Positions 60,228 through 64,000 of a DNA stretch of 64,000 bases are shown here, piece by piece. The notes beneath the pieces were generated by a model. That model saw only the letters and a program-made list of their open reading frames with translations. It did no database searches and was not told the origin of the DNA. How positions within the stretch are numbered: the stretch's first letter is position 1; each line of letters starts with the position of its first letter. Made by a program: the position numbers and the translations under genes. This DNA is from an uncultured delta proteobacterium (GTDB taxonomy: Bacteria; Myxococcota_A; Polyangia; Polyangiales; Polyangiaceae), in NCBI GenBank assembly GCA_963850305.1, contig CAWKKR010000004.1, forward strand, positions 320,001 through 384,000, in the 5' to 3' direction.

Positions 60228-60326
60228 CAAAACCCCACGCTTGCTCCAGCCGTTCCACGGCGCCGAGCGCAGCGAGTACCGGGGGAGCGGTCGCGAAGCG
60301 AGCCGCGGGGGGTGGGACACCCCCCA
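60228..60326 (+). repeat. REP-like dispersed repeat (long variant)
   Basis: CAAAACCCCACGCTTGCTCCAGC...GAGCGCAGCGAGTACCGGGGGAGCGGTCGCGAAGCGAGCCGCGGGGGGTGGGACACCCCCCA, matching 55064-55169. Confidence 0.9.
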
Positions 60327-60423
60327 GGACAGAACACCACGCCGTCAGTGCCGTCTCCGGACAGCAAGCTGCGGCGGGCTGCCTGCGCCCCCGAGGACAA
60401 ACCCGCGCGCGTCCAACCTCGAG

Positions 60424-60708
60424 TCACACGGTCTCGAGCGCGAGGTCACTGCCGGCAGCAGCCGCTACGCGGCGAAGGTCCCGCGGATCCGACGTCACGA
60501 TGGCGTCCCGCCGGCGCAGAGCTCCCTCGACGACCGTGAGATCGACAACGTCATCATGCTGCGATTGGCTCGCGAGACGACCCACCGAGCGAGCCTGCGC
60601 TTCGCTCATGGGCTCGACCTCGCAGAGCGCGAGCAGGCGCGACAGGCTCGCTTCCTTCGCACCGCCCCGCCACGCTTGCGCCAGGACGGGCGCCGGCACG
60701 GTGGGTAC
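60424..60708 (-). pseudogene. N-terminally truncated PIN-domain (VapC-like) toxin
   Basis: VPTVPAPVLAQAWRGG...DDVVDLTVV...AIVTSDPRDL; the N-terminal catalytic LD(A/T)G-type motif is absent. Confidence 0.7.
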
Positions 60709-60789
60709 GCTTCGTTCGTTTGGCCATGTCGGTTGGTAGCAGAGCAGGTAGGACAGAACAACGTAACGGAAAGCGCGAGCGATGCAGCC

Positions 60790-60897
60790 GTCTACTACTG
60801 CGCGTTCGTGCTCGACCCCGACGGCCACGACATCGAAGCCGTCATCCACACCCGAACTGCGGCCTCACCCGTTCGAGGGGACAGGGCCACCAGCTGA
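60790..60897 (+). pseudogene. C-terminal remnant of a VOC/glyoxalase family gene
   Basis: YYCAFVLDPDGHDIEAVIH is the typical VOC C-terminal motif; no upstream part of the gene. Confidence 0.6.
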
Positions 60898-60937
60898 GTC
60901 TGCCGTTCGCGCGGACGGCTGCCGAACGCCTCCGCGG

Positions 60938-61648
60938 TCACGCTTCGCTCTTCAGCCGGTATCCGACGCCGGGCTCGGTAACGATGAGCCTCGGTCTTTC
61001 CGGGTCGAGCTCGATTTTCTTCCGGAGCTCGGCCATTCGAACTCTCACGTAGTGCGTCTGTCCGACGTAGGCCGGCCCCCAGACGTCCTTCAAGATCTGC
61101 CGGTGGGTCAGAACCTTTCCGGAGTTCTTCGCCAGGAGCACGAGCAGTTTGTATTCGATGGGTGTCAGATGCACCTCGCGCCCGGAAAGAGTCACTTGCC
61201 GGTGCTCGAGGTCGACCTTGAGAGCGCCGAAGTCGTGGACGGGCGAGCCCTCCGGGGCTCCCGCGAGCTCCGCGTGCCGGAGCGCGACGCGGATTCGCGC
61301 GAGGAGCTCGTTCATGCCGAAGGGCTTCGTCAGATAGTCGTCGGCGCCGGCGTCGAGCGCCTCGACTTTGTCTTCCTCGCGGCCGCGTGCACTGATGACG
61401 ATGATGGGAACTCGGGTCCATTCGCGAAGCGAGCGCGTCAACTCAATCCCGTCGCGATCCGGGAGGCCGAGATCGAGCAGGACGATCTCGGGGTTCTGGG
61501 TCGTCGCGACGGCGACGGCCTCCGCCGCGGTCCCGGCTTCGATGTAGCGAAACCCGTGGGACGTGAGCGACGCTCGAAGAAAGCGCTGCATCTGCGGTTC
61601 GTCTTCCACGACGAGCACGACAGCCGCGTGATCGACGTCTGTCGTCAC
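60938..61648 (-). CDS. kdpE: OmpR-family response regulator, KdpE-like
   Basis: VVEDEPQMQRFL, LLDLGLPDRDG, ISARGREEDKVEALDAGADDYLTKPF, KVLTHRQILKDVWG, LIVTEPGVGYRL. Confidence 0.88.
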   Translation of the reverse strand: MTTDVDHAAVVLVVEDEPQMQRFLRASLTSHGFRYIEAGTAAEAVAVATTQNPEIVLLDLGLPDRDGIELTRSLREWTRVPIIVISARGREEDKVEALDAGADDYLTKPFGMNELLARIRVALRHAELAGAPEGSPVHDFGALKVDLEHRQVTLSGREVHLTPIEYKLLVLLAKNSGKVLTHRQILKDVWGPAYVGQTHYVRVRMAELRKKIELDPERPRLIVTEPGVGYRLKSEA

Positions 61649-61710
61649 GGAGTCAACGCTTCCTCGCTCATGTCGGTCTCCTCGGGCATCGCAGGCGGCG
61701 CGCCGTCGAT
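61645..61710 (-). pseudogene. Possible 3' stub of a deleted sensor kinase (kdpD)
   Basis: IDGAPPAMPEETDMSEEALTP* ends in a GTGA overlap with the kdpE start; codon quality collapses upstream of 61710. Confidence 0.4.
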
Positions 61711-61921
61711 CCCCCGCACAACAGGACAAACCCTTCGCCGGACAACCCGAACGACACCGCCCGTCCGCGTTCCGCGGCGTTCAGCGGCTCGGGAAGTTGC
61801 GTCGGACACATCCGCGATCCTAGCAGGTCGTCGAGCCTCGAACACCCGAACCTCGGGATCGCGTGGCGCGGGCGACTCGCCGCTCCCGCGGCGGCGGGGC
61901 CATGATAAACATCCGGTCGCC

Positions 61922-62971
61922 TTGTTCGACGGCTTCAAGCACCTTTACTCCGCGGCCGAGCGACGCGCGGCGCACGCGATCCTGGAAACGCCGTGGCTCT
62001 GCAATCGGCTCGCAGCACGGCGCGGACAGCCGATCGACGGCCGCACGCTCGACGCGCAGGTGGCTGCGATGCTCGCGCTCGACGATCTGGTGGGTCGCTC
62101 TGACTTGCGGAAGCTGTCGCCCGTGCGCGCGCGCGAACGCGTCGCGGCGGAGATCCGCGTGGTGGGTCCCATGGCGACCGCCGGTGTCGCGAGTCGAGAG
62201 GTCGAGATCCCCGGACCCGCTGGCTCGATTCCGGCACGCGTCTTCGTGCCGGACGGGATCGAAGCACCGTCACCCGCAGTGGTGTTCATCCACGGCGGCG
62301 GGTGGGTCACCGGCAGCGTGGAGACGCATGACGGCATTTGCCGGGCGCTCGCGATCGGCGCGCGCTGCCGCGTCGTGTCCATCGAGTATCGCCTCGCGCC
62401 GGAGCACCGGTTTCCGGCAGCCGTCGACGACAGTCTGGCCGCGACGCGCTGGTTGTTCGAGCACGCCGATGCGCTCGGAATCAATTCGGCGCGCGTGGCG
62501 GTCGCGGGAGACAGCGCGGGCGGTAACCTGAGCGCGGTCGTCGCGCGGCGCACGCGGAACGACTCGCGACGGGTCGCGTTACAGGTATTGCTGTATCCCG
62601 CCCTCGACGCGACGTACTCATTGCCATCGCACCAGACCCTGGCCGACGGCTATTTTCTCACGCGGGGCATGTGCGATTGGTACTACGCCCACTACGCGGG
62701 CGACTGTGATCGTCGCCATCCGGACCTGTCGCCGCTCCTGGCGCCGGACGTCTCGGACGTGCCCGCACTCGTTTACACGGCCGGCTTCGATCCGCTGCGC
62801 GACGAGGGACAGGCGTACGCGGAGCGGCTTCGCGCAGCAGGCACCCGCGTCATGCAGCGTGAATTTCCCGGGCTCGTGCATGGCTTCGTGGGCATGACGC
62901 ATGCGTCCCGGGCCTGCCGCCGTACCGCCGAGGAAGTCGCAGTCGATGTCGGACGCGAGCTCCGGTGCTGA
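61922..62971 (+). CDS. Alpha/beta hydrolase, HSL-family esterase/lipase
   Basis: FIHGGGW, EYRLAPEH, GDSAGGNL, FDPLRDEG, HGF; start probably TTG 61922. Confidence 0.9.
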   Translation: MFDGFKHLYSAAERRAAHAILETPWLCNRLAARRGQPIDGRTLDAQVAAMLALDDLVGRSDLRKLSPVRARERVAAEIRVVGPMATAGVASREVEIPGPAGSIPARVFVPDGIEAPSPAVVFIHGGGWVTGSVETHDGICRALAIGARCRVVSIEYRLAPEHRFPAAVDDSLAATRWLFEHADALGINSARVAVAGDSAGGNLSAVVARRTRNDSRRVALQVLLYPALDATYSLPSHQTLADGYFLTRGMCDWYYAHYAGDCDRRHPDLSPLLAPDVSDVPALVYTAGFDPLRDEGQAYAERLRAAGTRVMQREFPGLVHGFVGMTHASRACRRTAEEVAVDVGRELRC

Positions 62972-63109
62972 GCGGGAGTGCTTGCCGAACGCGTGCTAGT
63001 TCGCGTCACTTCATATGCGGGTCAGTGCGTGGTGTTCGAGGGCCGCCGACATCCGGCGCGAGCTCCGGAGTCCGTGAACGAGCAAAGCGGCAGTGCTAAA
63101 AGAGCCGCA

Positions 63110-64000
63110 GTGGCTTCGTTCTTGCGCCTGACGCGACGGATCGGGTGGGCCGCGCCGATGGCGCTCCTGGTGCTGGCGATGACCGGCACTGCGTTCGCAA
63201 ACGGGCGCTATCCGTACTCGCAGCAGGTCCTGGTGGATCCCGCGGACAGCGTCGCGGCTCTGGCTTCGCACCACATACGGTTTGCTCACGTCGCCCGATG
63301 GCGGCACGACCTGGTCGTGGCTCTGCGACGCCGCGGTCGGTTACGGCGCCACCGAGGACCCGATGATGGCGTTCACGACGGGCAGCGTGTTGCTCGCGGG
63401 TGCATCGGAGGGGCTCTTCGTCACCAGCGACCAGGGTTGCACCTGGCCCATGGCAACCCTCACGGGCGAGGTCCGGGATCTCGCAACGGAGAGCGACGTC
63501 TCGCACGTGCTCGCCCTGACCTTCACGGTCCAGCCGGACGGCGCCTACCAGGTCGAGGTATCGCGCTCGACGGATGGCTCCGCAACGTGGGCCACTGTCG
63601 GCCCTCCGCTGTCCGATAGCGTCGTTCCGGAAACCATCGACCCCGCGCCGTCCGATCCGAACCGCATTTACGTGACCGGCGTGGAGTCGCCCGGGTATTC
63701 GGACGCCGGAGCGACGGACGCTTCGGCGCCGAACGGCGTGGGCGTGCTCTTCCGCTCGAACGACGGCGGCAAGAGCTGGGTGCGTCGCTCGATCCCCGGA
63801 GCGGATCTCTTCAATCCACCGTTCATTGCCGCGGTTCATCCAACGAACGAGGGCGTCCTCTACGCGCGCATCCAGGGCAGCTCCAACGGCGTCAGCAACG
63901 TGCAGAGCTCGCTCCTCTATTCGGATGACGCGGGAGACAGCTGGAAGACCGTGCTGGTCGAGCCGGCGGACATCCTCGGGTTCGCGCTCTCTCCGGACGG
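63110..64000 (+). CDS. Exported BNR/Asp-box beta-propeller protein, frameshift near 63240-63250, runs off the window
   Basis: Signal peptide + ANGRYP; after a +1 correction RLWLRTTYGLLTSPDGGTTW; further Asp-boxes SDQGCTW, SNDGGKSW, SDDAGDSW. Confidence 0.75.

Overview
This is a gene-dense, very GC-rich chromosomal window. Gene content points to a myxobacterium, probably Polyangiales/Polyangiaceae-like (inference): many Cys-rich lipoproteins, a Ser/Thr kinase-PEGA/TPR pair, an FHA protein and an elb ether-lipid operon. Housekeeping and metabolic genes include gor, sppA, fdxA, a Grx4-fusion, ilvD, pyk, gluQ, greB, an SCPx-type thiolase, ClC, malyl-CoA lyase and egtD. Six genes carry seven apparent single-base frameshifts. 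Four fall on the identical + strand pentamer GAATC, where removing one A gives GATC and restores the frame, and a fifth falls on GATATC. That pattern suggests methylation-induced read errors at GATC. The same window has an intact E. coli-like mutH, so together they hint at Dam/MutH-type methyl-directed repair in a myxobacterium (inference). Other notable items are an elbBCDE-like operon whose ElbD has an extra SCP2-like tail and is coupled to a SprT/DUF2786 gene, and a family of REP-like palindromic repeats including a 70-bp tandem array. A ~2.2-kb patch at 59.5-61.7 kb holds a foreign-looking small gene, an 11-bp phased repeat array and three gene remnants. I recognised no rRNA, tRNA, CRISPR array, transposase or integrase. 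All family assignments are by eye from motifs; no searches were run.
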